A stretch of DNA of 64,000 nucleotides from the human T2T-CHM13v2.0 reference genome, Homo sapiens, in the NCBI RefSeq assembly GCF_009914755.1, contig NC_060947.1. One strand, 5' to 3'. Below the pieces are notes generated by a model that ran no database searches, was not told the origin of the DNA, and worked only from the letters and a program-made list of their open reading frames with translations. Below, in pieces: positions 1-17,289 of this stretch. Each line of letters starts with the position of its first letter. Within the stretch, counting starts at the first letter, position 1. The position numbers were made by a program, and so were the translations under genes.

Positions 1-325
1 TGACCATTAAATCTAAAGTTGGTCCCCACCCCAGCTACACATCGCCTGCTCTCTTGCATGGCTCTGTTCTTTACCACAGTTTATAAAAATATGTTTGCAT
101 TCATGTTTGTGTGTATCCTCTAGACTGTAAACTGTCTAGTACATCTGTGCATAGCAGAGGGCCTTTCACATAGTAAGTGCTTAATGAATATCTTTGAATG
201 AACTTGTTTTAAGTGATACGGATGTGCATTTGACATTTACGAACAATGGTATATTACATTCTCTTATTTTTGCTGTATGATAGTAAAAATTAAGGAGGAT
301 TGAAACAAACTAACACAATTCAGAC

Positions 326-430
326 TTTTTTTTCCTTTTTCAACTTTTATGTACGAATCGGGGGGTACATGTGCAGGTTTGTCTCAAAGTTATATTGTGT
401 GATGCTGAGGTCTGGGTATGACTGAACCTT
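326..430 (-). mobile_element. L1 3' end fragment (L1PA/PB-like)
   Basis: T-run followed by ggggtacatgtgcaggtttgt...gatgctgagg, typical antisense L1 3' UTR. Confidence 0.7.
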
Positions 431-919
431 TTTGAAAATTTCTTAAGAAACTTCCAAATCATAATACATCCTGTCTCATTTAAGCACTAGCCCTTTATTA
501 TACAACAGATTCAGAGCAAGGTCTAGATTTTGAGTGCTTATTGATTAAAGGGGCTATACTCAGACTATACTCAGTCTCCTTTCATCAAACATTTTATCAT
601 TTGTAGCTTAGTTGATTAAGATAATTTTACAAATCAGGGGATTAGTTAATAACATCACTGATCCATACAGGAGGCATATACTCATATAATCAAGTTCACA
701 TAAATATATTTTCCTCCTTTTCAAAATACTTGGTAATGAGATATATTTAGCCTAGTAGTCACCGTAATAGAGTTAAATGTTTGACCAAAGTGACTTGCTC
801 CATATTCAATTGGATTTTACTTAAAGAGATCCTTTCATGGTTTTTAATCTTTGTCATTGTGGCCTAGGAAGGATGTGTGGTTAAAAAAAAACAATCACAA
901 GAGGGCAGGATTCGGTGGC

Positions 920-1132
920 TAGAACAGCATAGGCAACATAATGAGACCCCCCCCCATCTCTACAAAAAAATAAAAAATTAGCCAGGTGTGGTGGCATGTG
1001 CCTGTGATCCCAGCTACTCAGGAGGCTGAGATGGGAGGATCACTTGAGCCCAGAGGGTTGAGGCCGTACTAAGCCATCATCACGCCATTCCACCCCAGAG
1101 CAAGACCCTGTCTCAAAGAAAAACCAAACAAA
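920..1132 (+). mobile_element. Truncated old Alu (AluJ-like)
   Basis: ctctacaaaaaaataaaaaattagccaggtgtggtggca...gagcccag...agcaagaccctgtctc plus A-rich tail. Confidence 0.85.
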
Positions 1133-1856
1133 CACGAGTTTATTTTAATTATTTCAGTAATATTGTAGCTTTAATATGATTTGTAGTATAATTTTCTATA
1201 AGCAGCAATTTCATGTAAAGATTGATTTTATAAAAATCTTTAAATTTTAGTTGGATAAAATCAGATCAAGCATGTAATGTGTTTACCACAATGCTTGGCA
1301 CATTAGGAGTGTTCAACAAAAATTAGTTTCTCTCTCTTCCTCTGGTGACACAAGTAGTGATACAGCCAACTCTCATTTATTATAGTCCAATAAACTCCAA
1401 TTTTGTACTGCACAGTTGCTTTTTTTAAGCTGAGACTCATCTGATTTATTTCAGCTGACTGTTTTGCTACTTCATATTTTTAAAAATTTCCTTCATATCT
1501 TTTTTTCATGTATCCAAATCAGTTTCTTTCTTTCAAAAGAATCGCAACACATTTATTCTTACAAAATTGCCATTATTTAATCCTTTTTGAATCTTGATTT
1601 TTCCAGTTCTCTTGCATACCCTTGGGTGAAAGGAGCCCTTTGTTTTACTTGCTAGAATCTTGAGAAACAAAGCAACCTACTGTAAACATTTTAAAGATAA
1701 TTTCAATAAAAATATCAATTAATAAATTGAACAATCTTGAGGTTGTCCAGAAATTGACTCTATTATAGTATTATTTTAACTCTGGATTTGACCAATATAG
1801 CTAGAAAATAATTATTTTGGTGTTCCTAAAAGTAAGACAGTTGCCAATAATAATAA

Positions 1857-2260
1857 TGTGATGGTTAATACTGAGTGTCAACTTGATTGGATTGAGGGAT
1901 ACAAATTATTAATCCTGGGTGTGTCTCTGTGGGTGTTGCCAAAAGAGATTAACATTTGAGTTAGTGGGCTGGGAAAGGCAGACCCACCCTTAATCTGGTA
2001 GGCACAATCTAATCAGCTGCCATCCAATATAAAGCAGGCAGAAAAATGTGAAAAGGAGAGAGTGGCCTAGCCTCCCTCCCAGCCTACATCTTTCTCCCAT
2101 GCTGGATACTTCCTGCCTTCAAACATCAGACTCCAAGTTCTTCAGTTTTGGGACTCGGACTGGCTCTCCTTGCTCCTCAGCTTGCAGACATCCTATTGTG
2201 GGACCTTGTGATTGTGTAAGTTAATACTTAATAAACTCCCCTATATATATATATATATAG
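1857..2260 (+). mobile_element. ERVL LTR, MLT2A-like (partial)
   Basis: Starts tgtgatggttaatactgagtgtcaacttgattggattgag; ends gtaagttaatacttaataaactccc-(TA)n, matching recalled MLT2A consensus. Confidence 0.85.
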
Positions 2261-3664
2261 GTTAGGTTTTGGCAACTTCTTAAGAACATAAACATCCACA
2301 AAGTGGAGATTATAAGTGGGTTTTATAACTTGAAACTTTTCATCTTTGTTCAAAGACATTTACTATAATAATAAAGAAAAAAGTATACAGAAAGTTTTGA
2401 TGAATGATGGAAAATTAAAGAAATAAATCTAAAGTCACCTCAAGGATTCTGCAATGTGCTGTGTTTAAAAGATTAAGAAGAAACATTTATGATTTATCAT
2501 CCTTTCAAAGTTATATTACTTTATATTTTAATGCATATGCCATTATTGAAGGTTCTTCATTAAAGGATAGGTCAGCATAGTGTAGAGCAGCACAGAACAG
2601 GCATCAGGAGGGTTGGAGTCAAGCCTTAGCTCTGCTATTACCAGTATAATCTTGAAAAAAAAAAAAACTATTGATTTGAGCTTCTGCTTATTGTCCATAA
2701 AATAAAAATAATGGGTTCCATAGGTTTTTTTTTGTTAAATCTTTTGAAATTTCACAAACCATTAATCAACGCATGAATAAGACAAATCAGCTATTGTTGG
2801 GATAGAATAGGAACTATGTTTTATTTATCTTTGTAATCCCAACAGGCCTAGGTATCCCATTAAGTACCTAGTAATTTAATTATTTTTTGTTCAATAAACA
2901 TTATCGAGTATCATCTAGGTTCCAGGAATAGCACTAAATGCTGGGAATTTAGAGCTGTTTTAAATATGGTCTCCATCTTTTAAGATTTTACAATACAAAA
3001 GAGGAGAAAAGTATACAGGTGATTTAAACATCAAGAATTATGACAGAGGTAGGCAAAGAGTGCTACTGGTGGCACAAAATGGGCACAATCTTAAAAGGGG
3101 TGGAGAAAGGCTTCCTGGAGTAAATTACACCTCTGATGAATCTTGAAGGAATAGTTAGCCACATTGATGAGGCGGCAGAGGTTAATAGCAAGAGCAATAA
3201 CAAAGAAATGTAAAGATTATAAATAAATGAATATGTGATACATTCATTCCAAATTCCTTCTAAATGTTTAAAATAAAACATATCCTGTTATATAAAATGG
3301 GTATGAAACCACCTTTATCATATAATAACTTATGCTACTTTATTTTCCATATTTCCTTTAGATTCTAAGAAATAGCCACATGTTTATATTATCTGGGTAA
3401 GGGTATATATTTCTTTAGAAGAAATGGAAAACCTGGGTTTTATATTTATATTAATAACATTTTATCAAAACAAACTTAGGGAAGATTGAATGTCACTTCT
3501 GCATAACAATTATTCCCATGCAACTTTCACGATAGTAACACATACCAGTTTTGATCAGGGTTACACCTGAAAGTAAAATATCATTATGGACAGGTAGGGC
3601 ACTGAAAATTGCCAGGGACTTCCCATAAAGCACACAATTTCTGAAATATTTATATTAATAACAT

Positions 3665-3999
<335 letters not shown>

Positions 4000-4149
4000 T
4001 GAGTATCTTTTTTGATCTAACAACTATTTCCAACATCTCTTTTTATAAGGTCAAATAATGAATCTCTGTGATTTTCCAAAGGCCCTCTGAGAAATTTCAG
4101 TGGTTTTAGGTTAAAAGTTTTAGTTTTAGGTATAAAATATATCCTAAAG

Positions 4150-4442
<293 letters not shown>

Positions 4443-4443
<1 letters not shown>

Positions 4444-4448
4444 TACAT

Positions 4449-4481
<33 letters not shown>

Positions 4482-4588
4482 ATACACATTATATATATAT
4501 ACATTATATATATATATACATTATATATATATACATTATATATATATATACATTATATATATATACATTATATATATATATATATATA
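4443..4588. repeat. Interrupted (TA)n / TACAT(TA)n microsatellite at the Alu tail
   Basis: Repeated acattatatatatat blocks. Confidence 0.95.
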
Positions 4589-5258
4589 CCACCTGAAATG
4601 TTTATTTTATTTGATCAAATTTAGAAACTGATTTTGGGAGGGCAAAATTAAGAGTTGTGGAGTTGATTAGGTGAGATCATAAGAGTCTAAGAAATAATAC
4701 TTCTTTACCTATTTAATCAAAGTAAAAATAAAGCATTTGGAAAAAACACAGAAGGTAACACTATTGTAAAAATGTTCATTATTTCATAAGTAAAAACCAT
4801 ATGCTCTATGGGATTTTTTTCCCATAGATAAGGACACAATAAAGACAATTTAATCATAGAACATTTTTCTTGAAAGGCACAGAATCTCTTCTATTTACAC
4901 AGATTACACAGAAGATAAAGATTAACTTTTTACATTGCAAGTGGAAGCATTAATTTCTAAATAAAGGAAGCAAACCCAACTAAACTGAGGGACCATTGTA
5001 AATTTTATCTTACTATATTTAATAGCTTCTTTTCAGACTCAGGTATTATAAATCAAGGCAAATAAAATGCACTTTCCAAGTTTTGTTTTTCTTTCTGCTC
5101 TTTCATATTTGTTTTAGAGGATCTGTGAGGTCAAAACAATTTTCGTAATAATGAGATGTCATCTGCCCTTTTGACTCTCATTCTCTCATGAGTATACAGT
5201 GTTGTTTTCCATAGGTTACTTAATATGTGATATTGTAAAGGATTAAAAGTAGAAGCTA

Positions 5259-5574
<316 letters not shown>

Positions 5575-6071
5575 TTAACTCAATGTAATGTCAGTCCATG
5601 ATTTTGAGTTGCTTAAAGATCTTGGAAATAATCTTCAATCTGGCCTACTTCAAAGCATAATAGCTGTTGATATAAAATTTGTCAGAGTAATGATTTCATT
5701 TTCTTGAATACAACTTTACCTCTTTTATAATCAAAAACATTTTTTGGAATAATGTTAACTTATTTGATCAGTAAACCTATGCAAGTTTAGGAAAAAGAAA
5801 TCCAAGTAAAATACAATATATCCTTGTATTTTACTTTACACTAATCAATCAGAAAAAACCATAATTGTCAAAATAATGCTAATTATGTAATCTTGGTTTC
5901 TGAATTAGTTTCTGTAAGAGATGTTTTGTTAAAGTCTAGTACATTTAAAGTATTATAAGTCAATTTGTTTGTTTTCTGGGAACTTAACATAAGTACTTTA
6001 TGTACTTATGTTCTCTAATCAGAACAGTGCTCCTTTATTTTTTTATTTTTAATATACAAAAAAATTTTTTT

Positions 6072-6192
6072 AAGCCAACAGCAGCTTATATTCCCAGGAA
6101 GTCTCCCATCCAAGTACTAACTAGGCCCCACCCTGCTTGGCTTCACGAGATCAGATGAGATCAAGCACATTCAGGGTGGTATGGCCATAGAC
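6072..6192 (-). pseudogene. 5S rRNA pseudogene (RNA5SP family)
   Basis: Reverse complement GTCTATGGCCATACCACCCTGAATGTGCTTGATCTCATCTGATCTC...TAGTACTTGGATGGGAGACTTCCTGGGAATA...GCTGTTGGCTT follows human 5S end to end with CpG decay. Confidence 0.95.
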
Positions 6193-6729
6193 TAATTTAA
6201 TATCTTATAGGAAAAAGTTTCACAGATTCAATGAGACGTAAAGGTCTTTCTGAATTACAGCCACACAGATTCACAGAGAACTTATAACTTCAGATCTACA
6301 ACTTCAGCCACAGATCAAGATTAAACACAGAAACACAAATATTTGCCAATCCTGATATCAAAAAGCTATTCTTCTTCCTGATGGCATAAATTTTTAATTG
6401 ACTTGAAGACAAAATTGGCAGACAAACAAAACTCATAAGGGAATTCTGTTTTCTCTTGCCTAACAGGAAATACTCCTTTATAATACATTGCTATTAATCT
6501 ATATAACCTATTAATGCAGAGATTGAATAATCATGCGATGATATCAGATTCCCAGCTATTGCTGCACCAAATGGGAATAACTTAATGGTCATGTATAAAT
6601 TAGAAATAAAATAATAACCCCCAAAATAATCCAGGAAGGAGAATAACAAATGAAACAGAGTGTACAAAGTTAAAGTTCATTGGTTGCTTTGATTTACCTC
6701 TGGGAGGCAAGAAAAGACCTGCCCAGGCT

Positions 6730-7200
6730 TAAGCAGCTCAAGAGCTGGACTTCTTCAGTAAGTTGCTTCCTAGCCATGTGATCTCGAGCAAACAGCTTAA
6801 CTTCTCCCATTCTGTTACTCCATAGGGAAGCTGTGTGATTAAAATATGATGATGAACATGAAGACATTTAATAAAACTGTAAAGTGCCATACAAATGTTA
6901 TTTATAAATATAAGAATCAATATGATCAGTACAAGATATGACATTAACATTAAATATGGATTTATATTATGTATTAAGAATTTTACTTTTTCCTTTGTTA
7001 TCAAACAGCAGAATATTTGCTCTTAGAGTCACAGAGTGTATAGTTGAAAGACCTAATCTGAATCTGTTATTTTCATTATAAGTGAGAAAACTGAGGCTCA
7101 AGAGAGGTTAAATGATTTCTTGGAGGTCATATAGCTAGAGTAGCGGCGTGGTGTAATATGTAGGACACATTGGTCTATTCTGCTTCTATTCTAATGTATC
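6730..7200. mobile_element. Two MIR fragments
   Basis: ctagccatgtgatctcgagcaaacagcttaacttctc and gagaaaactgaggctcaagagaggttaaatgattt MIR cores. Confidence 0.6.
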
Positions 7201-7432
7201 AGCTAGAAGTTGTTTTGTAAACTATTTTTAGAGTTTTATTTTAATAGTTAATGTATTTCTTTATTAGCCCACATATAAGAAATGGTTTCTGTAGCTTATT
7301 GTGCTTTGTGGTATAATTCATAGCAAATAAGGCATTATAGTCTCTGATTCATGTGTAGAAATCTTAAGTCCTAGAATTTTTTTTTTAGGATAGGTAATAC
7401 GTTTGAATATTTTTGTCTTTATATTTCACTAA

Positions 7433-8268
<836 letters not shown>

Positions 8269-11200
8269 TGTCAAAAAAAATGTCTAAAATACAGAGAATT
8301 CCCAAAGCTATGACAATCAAGGCAGAAATAAAGTAAATGTAAGGGCTGAGCATATTACTCATACAGTCCTGGTCTGGTGTCCTGGGTTAGCTGTCAACCT
8401 TAGATGTTGTCTTCTTGGCCTGGAGATGGGGTTTTAGTAATCTGAATTTGGTATTAAACACTGGCATTTATGTCCAAGATTCTCCAGGAGTTGGTGCCAT
8501 TTTTAGGTGAGATATATGTATCCAAGAGTCAATACACTGTAACTTGGCAGCACAGAGATTGATTAACAGTACCTGAAAAGAGTGCTTCTTCCAACAAGGC
8601 TGAAGGTAATCTTTCAATTGATGTCTCTACCAACGTACATAATCACTAGGCTGGAGGCTGCGATGCCAGAGGTCACTATCTGATTTGGGCCTGTAAAAGG
8701 ATTCCACAACCTTGTGGCGGTTAGTCTTTAAAGCTTTGACAAGGCATTGGTAGTAGGTTAGGAAGTCTCCCTGTAACCGAGCAGGGAAAACGTTTCTTCA
8801 ACCAGGTGCATGAGCAGACCGGCAACGATCTCAAAAGGGGAGAGACAGTGTTTCCTACTAGGTGTGGATTGTAAAACTAGCAATGCCAATGGGAGGGCCT
8901 TATGCCAGGGCAGGTTAAAAGTACTTGGGATCTTCACAAATTGGGTTTTTATAACCCCATTTATCTATTTAACCAGCCCAAAAGACTGGAGTGGTATGCA
9001 TAATGAAAATGCTGCAGAATGGGCTAAATGTTCCAAATTTTTGCTAATACTTGGCCAGTTAAATGAGTTCCTTGGTTACTATATAGCTCAGTTGGAATTC
9101 CCCAAGAGGAATGATCTTTTCAAGGAGTACTTTGGCTACTGACATGGCCGTAGTCTGTCTGCAGGAGAAAGCTTCAACGCAATGGAAATACATGTCAACC
9201 ATTATAAGGACATTTTTGTATCCATGAGATGGGGGTAATTGGATGAAGTCAAGCTGCCATTCTGCAAAAAGGCCATTGGGAAGTGATACTTGGCCTGAAG
9301 GACATTTTAGGGGTTCACCTGGAGTATATTGGGGACAGAGGCTACAAAGTTTGTATACCTAAAAAGCAACTGTTGGGGAAATTTCTCCGAAGTATTGTCT
9401 GACCCATTTATTCACTGTATCCAGATTGTAGTGAATTAGGTTATGTATAAAGGTCTGTTTGTGTCTGTAGACTGCTAGGGAGGATTGGATGTCTATTTGT
9501 CCCTTCTCATAATCTTGTTTGGGAGTTAAATGTGCAACTTTGTTTCATCCATTTCCCCCTTTCAAGATATGAAACTGCTTTCTGAGATGTGAAAAGTCTA
9601 GAAAAATGGTAATCAAATGGGCAAGCATGGGGGCTGAGGATTGAATGAGCATGATCAAGGGAGTTACTTGTAGGGCTGTAGCTTCAGCAGCTGCATCAGC
9701 AAGATGATTGCCCTTACTGTCTTCAGAGTTTTCAGGGGAGTATCCTTGGATCTTGATAATAGCAAGAGATAATAGAGCCTGAATAGCTTTTAGAAGTGTC
9801 AAAACAAAAATCTTTATTTTTAATAGGTTGTCTGGAGGAGGTCAAAAAACCTCATTGTTTCCAGGGCATACGAAATTATGTGCAACACCAAAGACGAATC
9901 TACCATCTGTATAAAATGTTAGTTGTTTTGCCTCCAGCCAGCAAACAGGCTCATGTGAAGGCATGCAATTCTGCTTGTTAAGCTGACCAGACCGTGGGAA
10001 GGGGGTCCTATTCAATAGTCTCTGCTGGGGAAACTATGGCGTATCTTGCGAGGTAAGAGCCAGCAGGGCTCTTGAGAGAAGACCCATCAGTGTACTAGAC
10101 AAAGTCCAGATTGGGCAGAGGCATTTCCTTTGGGTATATGCTGGGTAAAAGGAGGGTATCTGTAAAACTGACACAGTCACAGGATGTCTTCCACTGGAGA
10201 TGATAAAAGGGTTTTAATAGATTGCAGTGGGCAATGGCTAAATTGGGAGAAAAAGAAAATAGTATCTCATAGGTCAATCGGCTGGCTGAAAGATGTTGGG
10301 TATGATGAAAAGTGAGGAGGCTTTCAATGGAATGAGGGGCATACATAGTGAGAGGGGACTGTATGACTATTTTTTAGTGGCCTTTATAAGCATAGAAGTA
10401 ATAGCAACAGTTCTCAGATAGGGGGGCAATACTTGTGCCACAGGGTACTGCTATTGGCTATAATAGCCAGTCAGTTGATCGTTGCCCTCAAGGGGCTAAG
10501 GCAAACCCCCTAATGTGTTACCCTCTCCTTCATGCACAAAAAGGGAAAATCATAATAATTTGGATGTCATAGGTAGGGGTAGTGGACAATTGAGTTTTTT
10601 AAACTTGGAAAGCTTGTTCACCATCAGTAATCCAGACAAGGAAATGGGGAAAAGAGGCTTTAGGTAAGGAATATAAGGGTTGTACCATCAGAGAGAAATT
10701 AGGTTCCATATTCTGCAATAATCCACAGGCCCTAAAAATACTCTGAGCTGCCTTTTTGTAGCAAGTAAGGGGAAGAAAAAGATAACTTGAATGTGAGAGG
10801 GATCAAGGCTTAGCCTTGAGGAAGTTAATACATATCCAAGGAATTTAATTGAATCTTGACCAAATTGTAATTTTTCTTTAGAGACATTATGACATTTATT
10901 GAGGGTCAGTTGGCAGAAAAAAAATGAAGAGTGTCAGCAGGGTAAGTGTTTTGAGAGGGAGAACATAAAAGCATATCATCAATATATTGTAAAAGGGTTG
11001 AACCTTATAAAAAGGTTATCTTTTTCAGGTCTGCTCAAAGAATCTGGAAAAAATAGATAGGGCTCTCAGTATATCCCTGAGGAAGCACTGTCCATGTATA
11101 CTGTTGGCCTCTCCACATGAAGGTGAAAAGAAACTTTCAGGTAAACAGGGATGCTGAAAAAGGCAATGCAGAGGTCAAGAGTAGAGACATATTGGGTGTC

Positions 11201-11552
11201 AGAAGGCATATTATGTAAGAGTGTAGGTGGATCAGGCACAATGGGGTGTCAAGAATAACAATATTGGTTACGGCTCTAAGTTGTTGAACAAACCTCCATC
11301 CTCTCCTGTTATGTTTCTGCACGAGTAAAATTGAGGTATTGCATGGGCTAGCACAGGGGACAATGAGTCCCTCAGAAATAAAATAATCAATGATCGGTTC
11401 CATGCCTGCTAATGCCTCAGAATTGAGGGGGTATTGTTTCACATTTAGAAGAGAATTGTTAGGATCTATCTGAATGAAAATAGGTGGTGCTGAGTGAAAA
11501 AGACAGATATTGGTATTCGTTTTTGCCCATAGGGTCTCAGATAATTCCCTTA

Positions 11553-11913
<361 letters not shown>

Positions 11914-12626
11914 AGTAGAGGTCTCAGGTGAGCTTATTCTTAAAATAACACATTTCCCTTATGGGTAAAAGATGTTGGCTTGACTCTTTTCAAGGAAGGC
12001 CCTTGCTAATAAATGTATGGGAAGAGAGGGGAGGAGAAAGCTATGGTATCCAATGATGGGCCCTATCTGATAAGGAATTGGATTTCACCTGACTATCATT
12101 GGCTGGCTGGGGATCCCTACCATTTGGGTGGTTTGACTACTCTAGGGAAGGCGATCTGAAAAAAAGAGTTGGAGTTTAGCACTGAGAGTGTGGCACCAGT
12201 ATCTATCCACGCCTGGACCAATTTGTTATTTATTTGCAAACCAACCTTCTTCAGCTGGTTCACAGAAGGAAGAAGATTGCCTTTATCTCCCTGAAGCACC
12301 CCAATCTTGTAATGAAGAAAAAGCTTGCATTTTTCTTAGCTTTATCTGGGTTCTTCTGAAGCCATCATTTGTATATTTCATAATCTCTTTTGTAGTGATA
12401 AAAGCCCTTGCGAAAGAAATAGATCCTGTTTCCCAGACTCTTGAGAACATTTTGGTTCTGTGATTGTTTTTTAAATTGCTGAATATGTAGGGCCATGAAC
12501 GTGGTGGTCTTTTCCTGATAATCAAGTGTCTTATTTATTCTTTCTTTGTCTCTTTACAAAGTTTTAGAGAGATAGTTTGCCAAGGAGGCAATTTCGTGGG
12601 GTTTCTTAAAGGTCCAATTGAGGTAA

Positions 12627-13042
<416 letters not shown>

Positions 13043-14149
13043 TGGAAAGCCTTTTTGAACCAGTCAAAATAATCTAAGCAGACTCATCTTTTTTTTGAGT
13101 GAATCGTTGAATGGCTTTCCAATTAATTTGCCAGAGAAAAAGCACTGGAATGACCTTTAACAAATCACAGGTTATTTTCTTTGCTTTTGTTATGGCCATG
13201 TCCCTTTTGAAATGGCAGTCCTCTGGAGGTTTTATCCATTTAGTTAGGCATATACATGTTTGAGCCACAAAAATGACCCCCAGCATGTGAATTAATTGAT
13301 AGATTTTGGTGAGTCTGGGCTAGTATGCGCTTACGATTAAATGAAAGTGGCATTCAAATTCAAGGAAGTCAGTTTTAGGACAATCGCCAAGAGTTCAGAT
13401 TTAGACTAAGGAATGTAAGAAATGGTTTGACCTCCCTCTACATTTTCACTTATTTTAAATGGGGCAATAAGAGGAGTTGAGGGGTTATGGGTAGTGTGCC
13501 TGGGATAGACAGTGAGGAGAAAAAAGGAGGTTCAGAAAGTGAAGAAGGTAGTGGCAGAGGAGAATAAAGTAGAGGTAGTGCAGAGGGAGTGAAAGGAAGA
13601 GGAACAAAGGGTTTGAGTCCTTCTTGGGAACAGAATCTGGGCTAGGAGGATTTTCAAGTTTTTGGAGGCACTGAGTTCGGAATTAGTTTCTCTCAAGAAG
13701 GCAGTCTGAAATTCTTGATTCCATTTGGAGTTTTCATAGTACCTATTAAGGAAAGCCTTATATTGTCTTTGAGAGGCCTAGATTCGTCTTTGTTCTAATT
13801 GCAGGCATAAATAAATTTGATTAGGGATACAGAAAGCTCCCCAATGTAGCCAAAGAAGTTTTAAATCCAAAAGTTTCATCCAGAGCCTTAAATAGGCACA
13901 AGAATTTTCTCCATAGGTTTTTAAATATAAAAGTCATCAGTGCACCATAAGGTGGCTGGTTGGAGACCATTACCTTAGAACATGGGTTACCCATGGCACT
14001 ATAACAAAGGCATCCCTTTGAGTACAACAGAAACATGAGTGTCCCCACAAAACTTGAAATGTGAGCATACTCCACCAAGCACAAGTACATTGCAAAATGC
14101 AAAAGTACTCCACGAAGTGTGAGTGTACCCCACAGGGCCCATAGAGGCA

Positions 14150-14608
14150 AGTGAACATGCTCCCTGGAGAAAACAAAGTCTCGGAGACCTCAGCCTAAGA
14201 GCCCGAGATCTGCAGATGGGGGAACACAGCCTCCAATGTAAACTAAGTGCTCCGAAGAACAAAGAGTGGGTCTGGCTTAAATAGGGAAAGTTCTCCTCCC
14301 AGCCCTTAATCAAGTTTGTGTATGCAAATAAACAACTCAAAAGTAGTCCCCATTAGTTGAAAACAGCTGAGTCCTGATTGGGTAGTTTCCAAGTCCCAAC
14401 CAGAAGTCTCTGTTGGATGTCACTTTCAGAAAGGCAGCTGGTGAGTTTTCCTGCCATTGTGCATGCTACTCTTCAAAAGGACAACTGCCTAAGCTACAAG
14501 ATTTAAAGGAAACATCCTGTAGAAATAGGCCCAAGGGTCTTCTCAGGCTATGTTCTAGGCCCAATTTACCTCCAATCCTTTTCCTCCTTAAAATAATTTC
14601 TTCTCACA
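14150..14608 (-). mobile_element. 5' LTR of ERV1-class provirus
   Basis: Homologous to 7548-8268; on the - strand CCAAT (14377-14381), octamer (14322-14329) and TATTTAA (14277-14283) occur in promoter order. Confidence 0.65.
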
Positions 14609-14984
14609 GCCTCTCTTCTGTATATATCCAGGCAGGGCAAAGCACAAATATGAGCTAAGGTGATATTTTAAATAGGGAATACACAAAACATTAGAAGGAG
14701 ATAGAGTGAGCAATTATCTTAACAATGGTTATGATGGTGGTAGGAGAAAAAAGGAGAGTTTTGAGAAATAACCTCTCCTATATGTGCCTGCCTAAGTGTA
14801 ATTTATCTGTGGTACTTTATCGTCCTAATGTGTAATGTTATATTTAAATGGTTCACTGGAATAATTCAATAGATTGTAGATCAATGCTTCAGGCTTTATC
14901 ACCTCTATTTTACAAGTCATGCTTGCTAATGGAGGTTAACTGTTTGCAGCTTCCAGGGGACCCTAGAGGGCCCTGGTTTTCTGA

Positions 14985-15315
<331 letters not shown>

Positions 15316-15393
15316 GTTAGAGTGATTTTCTAAAAGCCACTTTTGATGCACCTGTAGTCCCAGCTACTTGGGAGGTGGAGGCGGAGGCGGGAG

Positions 15394-16361
<968 letters not shown>

Positions 16362-16438
16362 GGAGGACTGCTTGAGCCCAGGAGTTAGAATCAAGCCTGG
16401 GCAACAGAGCAAGACCCCATACCTTATAAGATGCCTTT

Positions 16439-16995
16439 TATTTTTAGTTTTTTTATTTTTTCGAGACGGGGTCTCACTGTCGTCCAGGCTGCAGTGCAGT
16501 GGTGTGATCATGGCTCACTGCAGCCTCAGCCTTCTGACTAGCTAGGAACACAGGTGGGTGCTCCCACCCCCGGCTAATTAAATTTTTTTTGTTTGTTTGA
16601 GACAGGGTCTCATTCTGTGTCACCCAGGCTGGAGTGCAATGGCAGGATCTTGGGCTCACTGAAACCTCTGTCTCCTGGGCTCAAGCAATTGTCGTGCCTC
16701 ACCCTCCTGAGTAGCTGGGATTACAGGAGCCTGCCACCACGCCCGGCTAATTTTTGTATTTTTAGGAGAGACAGGATTTCACCATGTTGCCCAGGCTGGT
16801 CTGGAACTTCTGACCTCAATAATATACCTGCCTTGGCCTCCCAAAGTGCTGGGATTACATACTTGAGCGATGGCACCTGGCCTAAAAAATAATATTTTTA
16901 GAGACAAGGGTTTTGCTATGTTGCCCAGGCTAGTCTTAACTCCTGGGCTCAAGTGATTCTTCCCAGTAGCTTGGGATTACAGCCACTGTGCCTGG
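16439..16995 (-). mobile_element. Alu nested in an older Alu
   Basis: Inner Alu at about 16585-16883 splits an AluJ-like element. Confidence 0.85.
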
Positions 16996-17289
16996 TAAGG
17001 CACTTTTATTTTTCATATCCCCTTAGCCAACTCGAAGTAAAACCATCTCTCAAATGTATCTTGACAAAACCTGGCAGCAAACAAAAAAATCTCAAACTTG
17101 TCTGTCATTAAAAGATTGTGGTACCCACGCAACGACACCAACTCAATGCTTAGGGTATGATGTTTTTTTTTTTTACCCATCAGTTTTGAAAAAGTTAATT
17201 ACATTTGGCAATTCCCCATTCCCTTATAGTGAGGGGTCTCAAGAGCTGGCTCCTACACATAAAGGGCTTAGAACAGTGGCTGGTACCTA

